A stretch of 64,000 nt of DNA. It comes from a virus (lineage: Duplodnaviria; Caudoviricetes). The position numbers and the translations under genes were made by a program. The stretch lies in the IMG/VR virus record IMGVR_UViG_3300021255_003284, positions 44,454 through 108,453 of that record. One strand, 5' to 3'. The number at the start of each line of letters is the position of its first letter. Position 1 is the first letter of the stretch. A model generated the notes under the pieces. The model saw only the letters and a list, made by a program, of their open reading frames with translations, had not been told where the DNA came from and did not search any database. Positions 39,137-49,596 of this stretch are shown here, one piece after another.

Positions 39137-40159
39137 TCAGGTGGTCTCGATCTCGTAACGGCCGATGCCGCCATTGCTGGCCAGCATGATGCCGGTACCC
39201 CAACGAGCACCATAGAAGTACTCATGAGTCAGGTCGGCGTTGAGGGTAGGATCGCGCATGATCATCAGCGGATCGCCTTCGTACACGACCTTGAGCGGTT
39301 TAGTCGGGCCGGCGACGATGGTCAGCATGTTGTCGTCGAGCACGAAATCGGTCGTGCCGATCTTATGGCGCTGCGGCGTCACGACGACGGGCGAACCGAA
39401 GAAGTGGCCGTAGTAGCCGTTCAGGTACATATCTTCCTTGGCGTTGTCGCTGATCAGGGTCACGGAGGGCTGCAGATTGCGAACAGCCTTCTTGGTGCCG
39501 ATGATGGTCGCGGTCTTGCCGCCGGCGGCCGCTTCGACATGAGCGATCAGGTCGAGCAGGTCATCCTCATCGTAAGTGCCAGCGGCGGGGAAGTAGGTCG
39601 CGCCGCCCAGCTGATCAGCGGTCGCGCCGATCCACAGGGTGTAGATGTCGTTGAGCAGCTGCTGCCGGAACGACTCGGCGACCTTGGCGATCATCTGGTT
39701 GAAGTCCACACGGCCGGCCAGCACGCGGTTGAGCTCCTCATAGATGCGCACGGCCTTCATGTGGGTGGGGATGGGGGTTTCGGTGACGCCAGCCAGACGC
39801 TGACGACGGAGGCCCTGAGTGCCCTCGGCGACCTCGTCCACGACGAACAGGTCGTTGTCCTCAACGAGGAACAGGTTCTGATCGCCCAGCGCGACGTTGC
39901 GGAATTCGACCAGAGTGTTAAAGAATTCATCGCCCTGCAGGCCTTCAACGACGGTCTTGTCGAGGATCGTCTCGATCAGGGCAAACAGGCCGGCGCACTT
40001 GCCGTCGCGAATGTCCTTGTAGTTCAGCTTGGTGCTGCCGTTGTTGATATCGACGAGCGCCTGACGAAGCACATCCTGAGACTGCTTCATAGAATAATTC
40101 TCGACCGTGCCGCGGTTGGCGTCAACGGCCAGCTTGACAATATCTTTCATATCAGCCAT
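39137..40159 (-). CDS. Major capsid protein
   Basis: 340 aa, strong codon bias, FALIETILD, GLRRQRL, IYEELNRVLAGRVDF; GAGGAGGAG RBS. Confidence 0.85.
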   Translation of the reverse strand: MADMKDIVKLAVDANRGTVENYSMKQSQDVLRQALVDINNGSTKLNYKDIRDGKCAGLFALIETILDKTVVEGLQGDEFFNTLVEFRNVALGDQNLFLVEDNDLFVVDEVAEGTQGLRRQRLAGVTETPIPTHMKAVRIYEELNRVLAGRVDFNQMIAKVAESFRQQLLNDIYTLWIGATADQLGGATYFPAAGTYDEDDLLDLIAHVEAAAGGKTATIIGTKKAVRNLQPSVTLISDNAKEDMYLNGYYGHFFGSPVVVTPQRHKIGTTDFVLDDNMLTIVAGPTKPLKVVYEGDPLMIMRDPTLNADLTHEYFYGARWGTGIMLASNGGIGRYEIETT

Positions 40160-40186
40160 GATATCTCCTCCTCTCTTTCCTGTTTA

Positions 40187-40711
40187 TCAGCCGACGCGGA
40201 TAGCGTAGTAGGTGTAGCGGCCGACGATATCCTTCGCGATAATGGTGCCGACCTTGGTAGAGCCGGACGTCAGCGAGGCGGCAACATTCATCTTGGTGCC
40301 AGCCTTCAGCTCGACGACGTCGCCGACGGCGGGCGTTGCCTTGCCATCCAGCGCATCCTTGGTCAGAGAGAAAATATCGCCAGTATGGAACCGGTAGCCG
40401 CGGGCGGGCTTGCCGGCCTCGTTGATGAACTCATCCAGATTGCGCTTACGCTCATCATACATCAGCTCGGGCGTCGCAATCAGCACGACCTGCTCAATAG
40501 GCGTATTCGCAGCAGGCGCGGTGCCCTTATAGATCTCACGTTCGCCGTCAATCAGCGGACCGACCTGAAGAACATTGCCGTTCTGAATGGCGGTTTCGGT
40601 GTCGACAGCGCTCGAACCGCTGCCGGTCGTTACAATGTACTTGATGGAAACCAGCATGGACCGAACATCAGTGCCGGCCATATTGTCCGTCCGGACAACT
40701 CCATATGCCAT
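40187..40711 (-). CDS. Putative capsid decoration protein
   Basis: Between protease and capsid genes; IQNG, PELMYDE, ARGYRF..GDIF. Confidence 0.6.
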   Translation of the reverse strand: MAYGVVRTDNMAGTDVRSMLVSIKYIVTTGSGSSAVDTETAIQNGNVLQVGPLIDGEREIYKGTAPAANTPIEQVVLIATPELMYDERKRNLDEFINEAGKPARGYRFHTGDIFSLTKDALDGKATPAVGDVVELKAGTKMNVAASLTSGSTKVGTIIAKDIVGRYTYYAIRVG

Positions 40712-40736
40712 ATCACATTACCTCCTATGTACGTTG

Positions 40737-42248
40737 TTAATTGGATTCGATACCGTACTCAGCAAACAGGCCGCCGTACGGATCGGTGTTGACGTTGGTC
40801 TTCTCAACCTTCAATTTGGGCGCTTTGTTCTCCACGGAGAACGTCTTGACGACGGCCATACGGCCGCGCAGCGCATAGCACTTCTCCTCGAGATCCTCAG
40901 GCGTCATATCACCGGCGCTCTGCTTCAGCGCTTCAAAAGCCTCGCTGCCATCCAGATCGCTGAACTGGCTAAACACACTGTCGCGCGCCGCCTCAGCCTT
41001 TTTGGCCTCGTTCTCGCTCTTGTATTGCCTGAGCGTATTCAGCTCTTCGGTCATTTCAGCCTCACGAGCGGAAGATTCGTCGCTGAATTTTGCAAAAGCT
41101 TCTTCCGTCGACATGAACGGAGACGCTTGTGTGTCCCCGTCGACAAACTCAACAATCGCATATTTCATGCGCTTTTTGCTCTCCCAGTCGATCGCCACGG
41201 CGTCGCCGTGCTCAGTGTAGGCGAAGCCATAGAGCAGCCAGTCGTTCGTATCCCAGGCATATACCATACCGGCGTCCTGGTCGCAATCACAATAGCAATA
41301 TCGGGGTCCGACGCCCCACGGTTTCTCGATCTTCTCGTGGTCACGGATAGTGCGGCCGAGCTCTTCAAACAGTTCACTCGCGAGCCTGAACGCTTCGCCC
41401 TCGCCGGACACATCCTCTGTAGCCTCCGTAGAGGCGTCTGCGATCTGCTCCGCCGGCTGCTCAACAACCGTTTCTTGTTCATCTGCGTTGAACTGCTGCT
41501 CCTCAGGCTCGACGGCGACGTCCGCCACGTTTTTCATATCCTCATTCAATACGGTCTCTCCTCCTTCCGTTATATGATCATTTATATCGTCAACCTTGGT
41601 AAAGGTATTGACCATATTGGCAGATTCTTTCATTTCACTCATCATCTCTTCCAGCTGCCTCTTGAAGTCCTGGTGAGAAAACACTTCAAGGCTCGCCTGT
41701 TCAAAGCATGGCTCATCCTTGCCAAGCAGGGCGAACGCGGTAAACTCAAAATCCCTGATCTGGTATACGCCGTCAACGCGTTCACCGTCTTTTACCGTGA
41801 TCTCCATGGACTGCGCCGTGATGCCGTTCTCGCGGATCTTTCTGAACGCTTCCTGACGCTTCCATAGCAAAACATCCACGCAGAGATACTCATGCTCGCT
41901 TCCGTCGTCCTCGGTGAGTGTTTCCCACCAATACTTTGCTGACTCCGGGACACACCCGACCGGCTGCGTCAGATTGACCAGCCGAAGCGTGCCATCCTCG
42001 TCGCGCACGGCCTCCATGTCGTGCCCGCCGATCTCGTCGCTGTCACGGTCATATCGGCACACGATAGGACAGTTGCGCATCGTCTCGGCGCATTTATCAA
42101 AAGTCTCTTTTGAAATATAGCTCTTGTTGCGGTTATCGCCAGAATAAGCGATCCGCATCACGCCGCCAGCGAACGATGAGTTTAGCTCGAACAGGTTTGT
42201 AAGAGACGATGCGTAGGTCAGGTTCATGACCCGATCCATGTTGACCAC
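40737..42248 (-). CDS. Prohead protease/scaffold protein
   Basis: NRNKSYI, PIV, GGHD, QSMEI, FTAFALLG..EPCFE; acidic coiled-coil C-terminus. Confidence 0.8.
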   Translation of the reverse strand: MVNMDRVMNLTYASSLTNLFELNSSFAGGVMRIAYSGDNRNKSYISKETFDKCAETMRNCPIVCRYDRDSDEIGGHDMEAVRDEDGTLRLVNLTQPVGCVPESAKYWWETLTEDDGSEHEYLCVDVLLWKRQEAFRKIRENGITAQSMEITVKDGERVDGVYQIRDFEFTAFALLGKDEPCFEQASLEVFSHQDFKRQLEEMMSEMKESANMVNTFTKVDDINDHITEGGETVLNEDMKNVADVAVEPEEQQFNADEQETVVEQPAEQIADASTEATEDVSGEGEAFRLASELFEELGRTIRDHEKIEKPWGVGPRYCYCDCDQDAGMVYAWDTNDWLLYGFAYTEHGDAVAIDWESKKRMKYAIVEFVDGDTQASPFMSTEEAFAKFSDESSAREAEMTEELNTLRQYKSENEAKKAEAARDSVFSQFSDLDGSEAFEALKQSAGDMTPEDLEEKCYALRGRMAVVKTFSVENKAPKLKVEKTNVNTDPYGGLFAEYGIESN

Positions 42249-42278
42249 CGCCCTTTCATAAATAAAACCGGCGCGCCA

Positions 42279-42485
42279 TTAAAATGACAGCACGTCGGAC
42301 ATAACGTAATTGACGCCCAGGTCTTTGGGGTTAACGGCATGGCTGTTTTCAAACACATATATGTTCTGAGCGCCATCATCCCTTACAAGCCTGAAGCCGG
42401 CCTTCAGCATAACAGCTCTGTCTTCTGTGTTGAAAACGTAGACAAAGTGTTTGCTGGCCGATAGTTGTTCATTCATGGATATCAA
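42279..42485 (-). CDS. Small hypothetical protein
   Basis: LKAGFRLV...IYVFEN; overlaps the portal stop. Confidence 0.55.
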   Translation of the reverse strand: MISMNEQLSASKHFVYVFNTEDRAVMLKAGFRLVRDDGAQNIYVFENSHAVNPKDLGVNYVMSDVLSF

Positions 42486-43993
42486 CCCCAGTCATCCTTA
42501 TCTTCTGAACTCTGCTCGCCGCTGTCCGTCAGCTCGCTTGCGTCCTTCGTCGGACGACCCGGCTGGTTCTCCTCGTCGAGCTCGTTCTGACTCATCTGGG
42601 TGCTGTTCCTGATCGGCCTGAACATATCCGGCAGCGCCAGCACGCGGCCTTCAAGGAAGCTCATCGCGTCAAGCTCCGCCTGCCCGATGCCCTGCGACGC
42701 AGCATAAGCCGATATCGTCGGCAAGCCGTACGAAGCAGCCTTCAGATACGCGTCGCCGACCTCCTTGCGGTTGAACGGTGACACGTCAAGGAAATTCACA
42801 TGGAAATTTTTGCCGTAGCTCAGGGACTGTATATATCGATTGATGAAATCTTCGATCCCCTTAACGATGCCATACGTGACCGCCTGGTCAGCTTTGATTG
42901 AAAGCAACAAGGCATTTGCGCTGGCCTTCGCGTTGTTGAAGAGCAACGACGACACGCCGGCGGCCGTGTAGAGTGCCTGCTCCGCCTCTGCTGTTGTGTC
43001 GATGTCGCCCGTATGCGTTCTTTCAAAACTGATCTTCTCGATGTCCATCGGCGTCAGCACAGACCCGATCTCGTCAGGTATCACGCTGTCGAGGTTGTAC
43101 CAGAACTCCTTAGCCTTATCAAAATCGATACCCCATTCGCCGTCATTCTTCATGGGTATCTTCATAGCGAGCATGGCATAATTCTCAAGTGCCGTCTTGG
43201 ATAGTCGTAGTCCTTTATAATCCTCTAAATCATAAACTTCTCTCAGCAGCCCGGCAAACGGCGGAATGGCGTAATCCCACACGTCCGTGTTGCACTTGAC
43301 AGCGAACGAGGTGGGGGAGTCCAGCTCCTGCCACCGCATCACGATATCCGATCTGTATATCTCATACTTGCGTCGGAATTCCGGCGGATAGTTGTCGAGA
43401 AGCGACAGCCTCGCGTCGAAGTAAGAAAAATCGAATGACACATTCGGCACGTTGCCCTCGATCGACGAAATCGTACAGTAATCGCTCGGCAGCTGCTGTA
43501 TCGTAATGCTGTCTGTGCTGACCCACATCGTGCCGTAAAACACATCTTCCCTGAGCACGACCGTCAGTATCTTCGGGAACTGCGTCTTGATGCTCATGGA
43601 TGACAGCGTGTTCAGAACCCTGCGATAGTTGTTGTTGACGATCCTCGTATTTGCGTGCTTTGGATCGATCTTGTACGGCTCGATGATATATGACAGATCG
43701 GACAGTCCAACAAAATACTGGATCAGTCTCCTGAAGTGCGGACTTGCGCCATAGATATACTGTACGGCGCGCCTCAGCTGTTTTTCGTATTTATACGGAT
43801 TGCTCAGATACTTCGAGATCTGATCTCTGGTATACAGCGTGAACACGGGCGTTGTAAGCCCAACGTTTTTATTCAGATCGCGCATGATCAGGTGATTCAG
43901 AAATGCGTATTTCTGGTTGGCGTCACCGATGCCAGCGCGGCCTTCGCCGGCTTGGTCAGTAATTCGACCAGCCTGGCTGACCTCTTCCTCCAT
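42482..43993 (-). CDS. Portal protein
   Basis: Follows terminase; FRRLIQYF, QQLPSDYC, AAGVSSLLFN, GRPTK. Confidence 0.8.
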   Translation of the reverse strand: MEEEVSQAGRITDQAGEGRAGIGDANQKYAFLNHLIMRDLNKNVGLTTPVFTLYTRDQISKYLSNPYKYEKQLRRAVQYIYGASPHFRRLIQYFVGLSDLSYIIEPYKIDPKHANTRIVNNNYRRVLNTLSSMSIKTQFPKILTVVLREDVFYGTMWVSTDSITIQQLPSDYCTISSIEGNVPNVSFDFSYFDARLSLLDNYPPEFRRKYEIYRSDIVMRWQELDSPTSFAVKCNTDVWDYAIPPFAGLLREVYDLEDYKGLRLSKTALENYAMLAMKIPMKNDGEWGIDFDKAKEFWYNLDSVIPDEIGSVLTPMDIEKISFERTHTGDIDTTAEAEQALYTAAGVSSLLFNNAKASANALLLSIKADQAVTYGIVKGIEDFINRYIQSLSYGKNFHVNFLDVSPFNRKEVGDAYLKAASYGLPTISAYAASQGIGQAELDAMSFLEGRVLALPDMFRPIRNSTQMSQNELDEENQPGRPTKDASELTDSGEQSSEDKDDWG

Positions 43994-45749
43994 TGTGTCC
44001 GATCAACCCCCTTTCCGTATAAGATGGCGGCTTGATAACAAACATGCTCTGTGAATCGGCGTTCATATTCAAACGCTTACTCATCTTCGTTTCAAGCTGC
44101 GTGGCCACATAATAATTGTAGGACAGGCTCGAATATCTGTCCTTGCGCATGCCGCTGCGCTCATACAGGCGGACGCGGCCACTCGACTCTTCGTGCTGGA
44201 GTTTCACCATTTCGTCGATCAACAACGTCGTATGTATGTAGGGCAGTTGGAACAAAACGCGTTCAGAGGCGTCGAGCGCCGCATATCCCTTAATGGACGC
44301 GAGCTCTTCCTCTGCGTCGTATTCGTTCATCAAAAGCCTTATCCGTCCGCTGCGGAAACCCTCGCGCAGCAGGAAGGCGCAGTCAGAGTTGAACTGCGCG
44401 TTGGCCTTGATCGACCAGATCGCCTTTTCTGCTCCAGGCACAGTACATCTGTCCGCCATTGTTTTGTCGTTATAGCACGACAGGGCAGGATAGATGTCGC
44501 CGGTATCGGGATCGACGATGTCGTGAGCGAGCGTGTCAAAAACTCCAAGACCCACGCCGTTTGCATCGAGTACGATATAATCGCACTTAAATTCGTCGTA
44601 AAGTCTTCTGATCATCAACGCCTGGTCGTCTGTCCGGAGTCCCTCGCAGGCGTCAGCGTATACGATATTACTCGTATACCGTCCGGCCTTCGATGGAAGC
44701 ATCTGATTGATGAATATGGCCGTCGCGTCGTTGTTGTTCTTCTTGCTCGACATCAACGCGATATCGGCTGACAGGATCCGCAACTCATTGCGCTGCTTTG
44801 GCTGTATACGTATCTGAGATGCGTTACCAAGCCTTGAACAGATCTGATCCGGCATCATCGGATATTTGATGTGTCGAGTCCGCGATATCGAATCAAAATC
44901 AAAAAACGAGTCGCTCGACGACCCGTAGAACAGGGCTTCCATTTCCATACTGAATTTGATATCGGAAAACCCAGCCTCCGACATTTCATCCTGCACAGCT
45001 TCGGGATCGAGAAGCCCTTCCTTGATCGAAAGCTGATAAGGGAAGCTGCACACAAACTGGTGTCTGTTCGGATCAACCATCGCTCTGAACGTGTCGACAC
45101 ACTTTTCATAACTCCAATGATCTGTGTAATAAGCCGAACTCAAATACAGTGTCAGATTCTTCTCTTTGTCGTACTCAAGTTTTCTTTCCTCCTCAGACAA
45201 CGCGCTATAGCGCGGCATCCGGCGGAGGGTCAGGAACTTGCGAAGCACGGTATCGATGGTGTCTTTGGATATCAGCCGATACTCATCCAGCAGCAGCACA
45301 TGACACCTGTTGCCTCGCGCGTTGTCGTTCGCGGTGACAACTTTGATCATACTGCTGTCGTAGAACACGATCTGCGCGTTCGTCCCGTTCAGCTTTGTTT
45401 CCTTGTCGTTGATTTCCGCCTGAAGCTCTGGCGAACCTGGCTTCAGCTCATAAAGTATCTTTTCGAGGACATTGATAGCCTGTCCTCTCTTTCCCGACGC
45501 GATACACACATGCGTCCCCGGGTACAGAATACACCGGATCACACAGTATATCGCGCTCAGATATGTCTTGCCGAGACCTCGGCATGCGATCATAACAAAC
45601 GTCGTAGACCAGAACATCATGGCGAGCAGAATCTTCTGAAATGTCCTCAGGCGTATGTGCAAGTAGTCTTCTGCGAACTTTTCCGGATGATACCTGTAAT
45701 ACGCGCCCCACACCGCCGCGCCGTTCTGAATGGCTTCGGCTCTCGTCAC
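43956..45749 (-). CDS. terL: Terminase large subunit
   Basis: Walker A ACRGLGKT, ARGNR, Walker B LLLDE, LSSA, ILSADIA, VLDANGVG, RKDRYSS. Confidence 0.92.
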   Translation of the reverse strand: MTRAEAIQNGAAVWGAYYRYHPEKFAEDYLHIRLRTFQKILLAMMFWSTTFVMIACRGLGKTYLSAIYCVIRCILYPGTHVCIASGKRGQAINVLEKILYELKPGSPELQAEINDKETKLNGTNAQIVFYDSSMIKVVTANDNARGNRCHVLLLDEYRLISKDTIDTVLRKFLTLRRMPRYSALSEEERKLEYDKEKNLTLYLSSAYYTDHWSYEKCVDTFRAMVDPNRHQFVCSFPYQLSIKEGLLDPEAVQDEMSEAGFSDIKFSMEMEALFYGSSSDSFFDFDSISRTRHIKYPMMPDQICSRLGNASQIRIQPKQRNELRILSADIALMSSKKNNNDATAIFINQMLPSKAGRYTSNIVYADACEGLRTDDQALMIRRLYDEFKCDYIVLDANGVGLGVFDTLAHDIVDPDTGDIYPALSCYNDKTMADRCTVPGAEKAIWSIKANAQFNSDCAFLLREGFRSGRIRLLMNEYDAEEELASIKGYAALDASERVLFQLPYIHTTLLIDEMVKLQHEESSGRVRLYERSGMRKDRYSSLSYNYYVATQLETKMSKRLNMNADSQSMFVIKPPSYTERGLIGHNGGRGQPGWSNY

Positions 45750-46792
45750 TCGTCGTCACCGCCGTCTATATCCGTGAACGGTACATCGTCGTCGTTGACT
45801 TCGTCGAACTCAGCCATCATGACGGTTTCGTCATCATCGCCGCTGTATTCCGGCTTCTCGACGCGATACTTGTTCACCTCGTCTTCATATAGCTTTGTAT
45901 ATCCGTTCTTCAAGCCGAGCATCTTACAAAGATGTCCCATCCACGTAAACACATACTTGCGGAATTTGTTTTCCTTCAGCTCGTCATCTATGTCCGGCAG
46001 CGGCCGTTCGTTTTCGAACCGATACAGCCATACGCCCAAGGGGGTATTTGTAAGCCCTGCGTCAGAATCTTCCTGCTTCTTTTGTACCGGCTTGAGGTTT
46101 GCGCTGCCCAGGAGCGTATTGAGGGCGATCACGCTCTTCTCGACGCTTCGCCCGGCAGCGCGGTCTCTGTTAATATCGAGCTCCAGCGAACATATCTGCC
46201 TGATCAGCGCTTCTGTCCCGACATCGATCTCCTCGTCAGACGAGAACCTCGACATCCAGTGCGAGCGCCTCTGCTCGAGCTCCATATACATGCTCGGCTG
46301 ATAGCCAGACCCCCAGAACACAATGACATCTTCCGGGATGTCATCCATCGTGATCTCACCGCTGTCCGACGCAGACGATTCAGCCGTTTCTGCGTTCACA
46401 TCAACCTTGCTCTGTGCCGGTGCACCGAACGACCACAGCGTTCCTTCTTTGATGAGGGTCTCGTCATATGATCTGTTGGAATAAGACTGCCCGTTCAGTC
46501 TGGATAAATACGAAGCGAACACCGAACGCGGTGACACCGCCTTCTCCACCGAGCTGAACAGCGAGTCGTTCCAGTACAGGTCGAGCTTCCGGCACATCTG
46601 ATGTACCGCGTCGCGCATATTCTTGCACTGTGACAGGTATATGTTATAGATCGTGTCGACGCAGGTCTTGCAGAAGGGGAGATACCCAGTTCCTTTGTGC
46701 ATATCTGCGTAGCTTGTCGAAAAGTTGCCCTTCCGACGTGGATATGTCTTACCGCATCTTGGGCAAACAGCGCTCTCAATATTGAGTTCCAT
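45746..46792 (-). CDS. Zn-finger protein upstream of terL, putative terminase small subunit
   Basis: CPRCG...CKTC, FWGSGY, ICSLEL, LKPVQ; overlaps the terL start. Confidence 0.5.
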   Translation of the reverse strand: MELNIESAVCPRCGKTYPRRKGNFSTSYADMHKGTGYLPFCKTCVDTIYNIYLSQCKNMRDAVHQMCRKLDLYWNDSLFSSVEKAVSPRSVFASYLSRLNGQSYSNRSYDETLIKEGTLWSFGAPAQSKVDVNAETAESSASDSGEITMDDIPEDVIVFWGSGYQPSMYMELEQRRSHWMSRFSSDEEIDVGTEALIRQICSLELDINRDRAAGRSVEKSVIALNTLLGSANLKPVQKKQEDSDAGLTNTPLGVWLYRFENERPLPDIDDELKENKFRKYVFTWMGHLCKMLGLKNGYTKLYEDEVNKYRVEKPEYSGDDDETVMMAEFDEVNDDDVPFTDIDGGDDE

Positions 46793-46800
46793 GGCTAAAC

Positions 46801-47316
46801 TCAGTCACCGTCCACGACGGCGTCATCGTCTTCGTCCGCCATGTCGTCGTAATCGATTTCGATGTCTTCTCCCGAATCATCAAAATCAGCGAGCTCTCTT
46901 TCTTCCTCGTCGCTCCTGACACCCATGTCATACGTCCTCGCGCACAGCCTCAGGCGATGTCCGACATGGAACTTCGCGACATATCTCGGCAGATCTACCC
47001 GCGCGCCGTCAGGCCCGAGCAGGTGAACCACGGACCCCTTGTGTTCTTTGAGGTGCCACGAACCGAACCCTCTCAGCGAGACCGGCTCGCCGCGTCTCAA
47101 CGCGTCCTCGACGACGCGTATAAGCCCGGAGAGCACAGCGTCTATGTCATTCTTTGTCAACGCGACGGTCTTCTCACTGCCGGGCACGCTGAAGTCGACC
47201 GTATTCCCGTCATCGTCGGTAACGTGCAAGATATGACGGTCTGTTTTGACGGTCTTTCTGATGCCTCCGAGCTTGAGGTACTGTGATATCGCGCTGATCA
47301 ATCCCGATCTATTCAT
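46801..47316 (-). CDS. HU/IHF-like DNA-binding protein with an insertion and acidic tail
   Basis: MNRSGLISAI, ALRRGEPVSLRGFGSW, KFHVG; GGAAGG RBS before ATG 47316. Confidence 0.7.
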   Translation of the reverse strand: MNRSGLISAISQYLKLGGIRKTVKTDRHILHVTDDDGNTVDFSVPGSEKTVALTKNDIDAVLSGLIRVVEDALRRGEPVSLRGFGSWHLKEHKGSVVHLLGPDGARVDLPRYVAKFHVGHRLRLCARTYDMGVRSDEEERELADFDDSGEDIEIDYDDMADEDDDAVVDGD

Positions 47317-47339
47317 ATCCTTACCTTCCTTTTGCTCTA

Positions 47340-47371
47340 AAATAAAATAGAGACTGAATCTCTCCAGTCTC
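47340..47371 (-). terminator. Intrinsic terminator
   Basis: gagactg/cagtctc stem followed by TATTTTATTT on the minus strand. Confidence 0.55.
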
Positions 47372-47392
47372 ACCGATATTGTGTGGTTCAAT

Positions 47393-48334
47393 TTATGTCG
47401 TAGCGTGAAATGCAAGCTTCCAAGCTTCGTAATCTCTTATAAGCTCGGAACGAGCTTCGCGAGGTCGTCCTCCTGACGTGCTGTCTCTCCGCCGTTCGTT
47501 CTTCACGAGTATACCAGAACTATCGACAAGAAAGTCGACAGGGTAGCCGGCGACCTCTTTTTCATATGTCCTGTAAAACACCCCGGACAGCCTGAGTGAG
47601 TAATACGACATCTTGTTCTTCCAGTCTAAATGACCGGATGCTGCCAGCTTCTTCCATATCTGCGTATTGCACGCATGTGTGCTTGCGAGGCCAGACGGTG
47701 TACGAATAATCTCTTCACCCTTTACTCTCTGTGTTTTATATGGTGTGCCGTTTCTGAATATAACCAGCGAATCAAGATTCGCGCAATTCATTAACGATGG
47801 CACCGCCTCTGTATATATCGGATATTCCGAACCGGCGAGCTTATACACCATGTTGTCTATGTCGATATTGTTTTTGCTTACGAGACATATGTCAGACGTA
47901 TCGATACCGCTAAACACCATCCACAGATAGCACCTGTACACGTCGTCTATCGACCTGTCCTTCTCAGGACGGAATATGGTGTTCATATAAGTATTTAGCT
48001 CGAAAGGGCATGATATAAGTTTACTTTTTACGACCGAAGTTTTGTCAACTTCTATATCGGCAAGGTCGGACCGCGCGCCGTCGACGCCGCGTCTGACGCA
48101 CCAGTTGGCGTAATTCTTAATGATCCTTACCCTTGCAGATATGTTCTTGAATCTGAAGCCGCACAAGTTCTCTATGGCACGATTTACTTCGTCGGGCGAC
48201 TGAGAGGATACATCGCAGCCCCACTGTATTTCATAAGACTCGAGGTCGTTAAACATTATTCTAATCGCCCTTCTCATGCTCAAGCTTGTCGTCGTCTCCT
48301 GAATGAACTTTTCTTTAAGCTCGGCGTTATACAT
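47393..48334 (-). CDS. MrpR (YopR)-like tyrosine-recombinase-fold protein, probable repressor
   Basis: MYNAELKEKF, YANW, LWMVFSG, SLRLSGVFYRTY resemble SPbeta MrpR as recalled; no HxxR/H/Y catalytic set; GGAGGT RBS. Confidence 0.6.
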   Translation of the reverse strand: MYNAELKEKFIQETTTSLSMRRAIRIMFNDLESYEIQWGCDVSSQSPDEVNRAIENLCGFRFKNISARVRIIKNYANWCVRRGVDGARSDLADIEVDKTSVVKSKLISCPFELNTYMNTIFRPEKDRSIDDVYRCYLWMVFSGIDTSDICLVSKNNIDIDNMVYKLAGSEYPIYTEAVPSLMNCANLDSLVIFRNGTPYKTQRVKGEEIIRTPSGLASTHACNTQIWKKLAASGHLDWKNKMSYYSLRLSGVFYRTYEKEVAGYPVDFLVDSSGILVKNERRRDSTSGGRPREARSELIRDYEAWKLAFHATT

Positions 48335-48368
48335 GAGCACCTCCACAAAGAGTTGGATTCTATCGTTC

Positions 48369-48398
48369 ATGTTACCACGCGAAGCATCGACAAGTCAA
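48369..48398 (-). promoter_or_regulatory. Sigma-A promoter for the MrpR-like gene
   Basis: TTGACT-18 bp-TAACAT with extended TG. Confidence 0.55.
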
Positions 48399-48404
48399 CC
48401 CTGA

Positions 48405-49592
48405 TCAGAAGTTTATGTCATAACTGCATACGACACCTGTGTCATCACACACGCATACGAGCTGCTGCGGTCGTCCAATAATACGCTTCTTGATGCAGTA
48501 TTCGTCGACCCCGGAGAACGATCCGGCCATGATGACCTTGACACCCTGCACTTCATCGATCTTGTTATGGTGTTTATGCCCCATCAGGACAGCGTAAACG
48601 GGCTTCATGGTCATGGCCTTGATGTCAAGCACATTCCGTTCGCTCGGGTCGAAATCTCCGTGGACGCCACAATATGTCAGTCCGCGTATGTCGACAGAGT
48701 ATATCGTCGGGTCTATCTTCTCATAAAGGCCGAAATGGACATTGTCCAGATTCTGGAGACGCGCCCGCAAGTACCACTCCAACAGGTCGTCGAGCCGTTC
48801 CCCGCCAATCTCATCGTCTTTGTTCGGACTGATCCGGCTGTGATTACCCGCGACAGACACAAATCGGACTGATTTGAAATGGCAGCTCAACGCGGATAGG
48901 AACCAGGCAATCAGCTCAGAGACCCCGACGATCTGCTCTATGACGTTCTCTTTGTTGGAAAACCTGATATTTGCGTGGATCGCCCCACTGATCGCGTCGC
49001 CATTCTCCCAAACGACGCAGTTCTCGCTGTGGTGCCTCTCTGCAATATCAAGTATCCTGTCGACGTACTCGACCATCATCTCTTTGCATATTTCCGAATT
49101 GTATTCTCCCCAGAAGTTTTCATGGCAGGCTCCGTAATGGATGTCGTTCAGCGATATAAGCAGGTCGTTATCCGACGGCTCGATTTCTGTTCGCTCATAT
49201 TCGATCTTTGGCAAAGCGCCGCTTGACATAACGTCTCGCAGGATGTCGTAAACCTCTTCCTGCCTGGAACGCTCGCGTACAACGCGATTGAATTCGCGGC
49301 GCATATCGCTGAGCTTCCATCGTTCTTTCTGCATTTCGACGATCCTGTCATCGGTATCGTCCCGCGGCTTGACACGATCACCGCCTGCTTGGAATTCATC
49401 AAGCAACTCCAGCGTACAACGGCTGCCGTAGAACATGCGCCGCGCTACATCGCTCGCATACTGTTTGCCGTACGCAAGCTCAGCAAGTTCTGAGTAATCT
49501 ACATCAGCCAGCGTCTTGTCGACGAGCTTGCCGTATATGAGACGGCGGTGATATTCAAAATCCGTTTCGCCTGGTTTCCGTTCGACGTCCAT
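48405..49592 (-). CDS. Calcineurin-like metallophosphoesterase
   Basis: DIHYG, GDAISG, GNHSR, HGD, MGHKH motifs. Confidence 0.85.
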   Translation of the reverse strand: MDVERKPGETDFEYHRRLIYGKLVDKTLADVDYSELAELAYGKQYASDVARRMFYGSRCTLELLDEFQAGGDRVKPRDDTDDRIVEMQKERWKLSDMRREFNRVVRERSRQEEVYDILRDVMSSGALPKIEYERTEIEPSDNDLLISLNDIHYGACHENFWGEYNSEICKEMMVEYVDRILDIAERHHSENCVVWENGDAISGAIHANIRFSNKENVIEQIVGVSELIAWFLSALSCHFKSVRFVSVAGNHSRISPNKDDEIGGERLDDLLEWYLRARLQNLDNVHFGLYEKIDPTIYSVDIRGLTYCGVHGDFDPSERNVLDIKAMTMKPVYAVLMGHKHHNKIDEVQGVKVIMAGSFSGVDEYCIKKRIIGRPQQLVCVCDDTGVVCSYDINF

Positions 49593-49596
49593 TATA

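Noticed and set aside
38657-41867. Long + strand ORFs (711 aa, 426 aa) and similar ones such as 28014..29585 and 44871..46301
   Set aside because: Antisense shadows of GC3-biased structural genes; no RBS or motifs recognised
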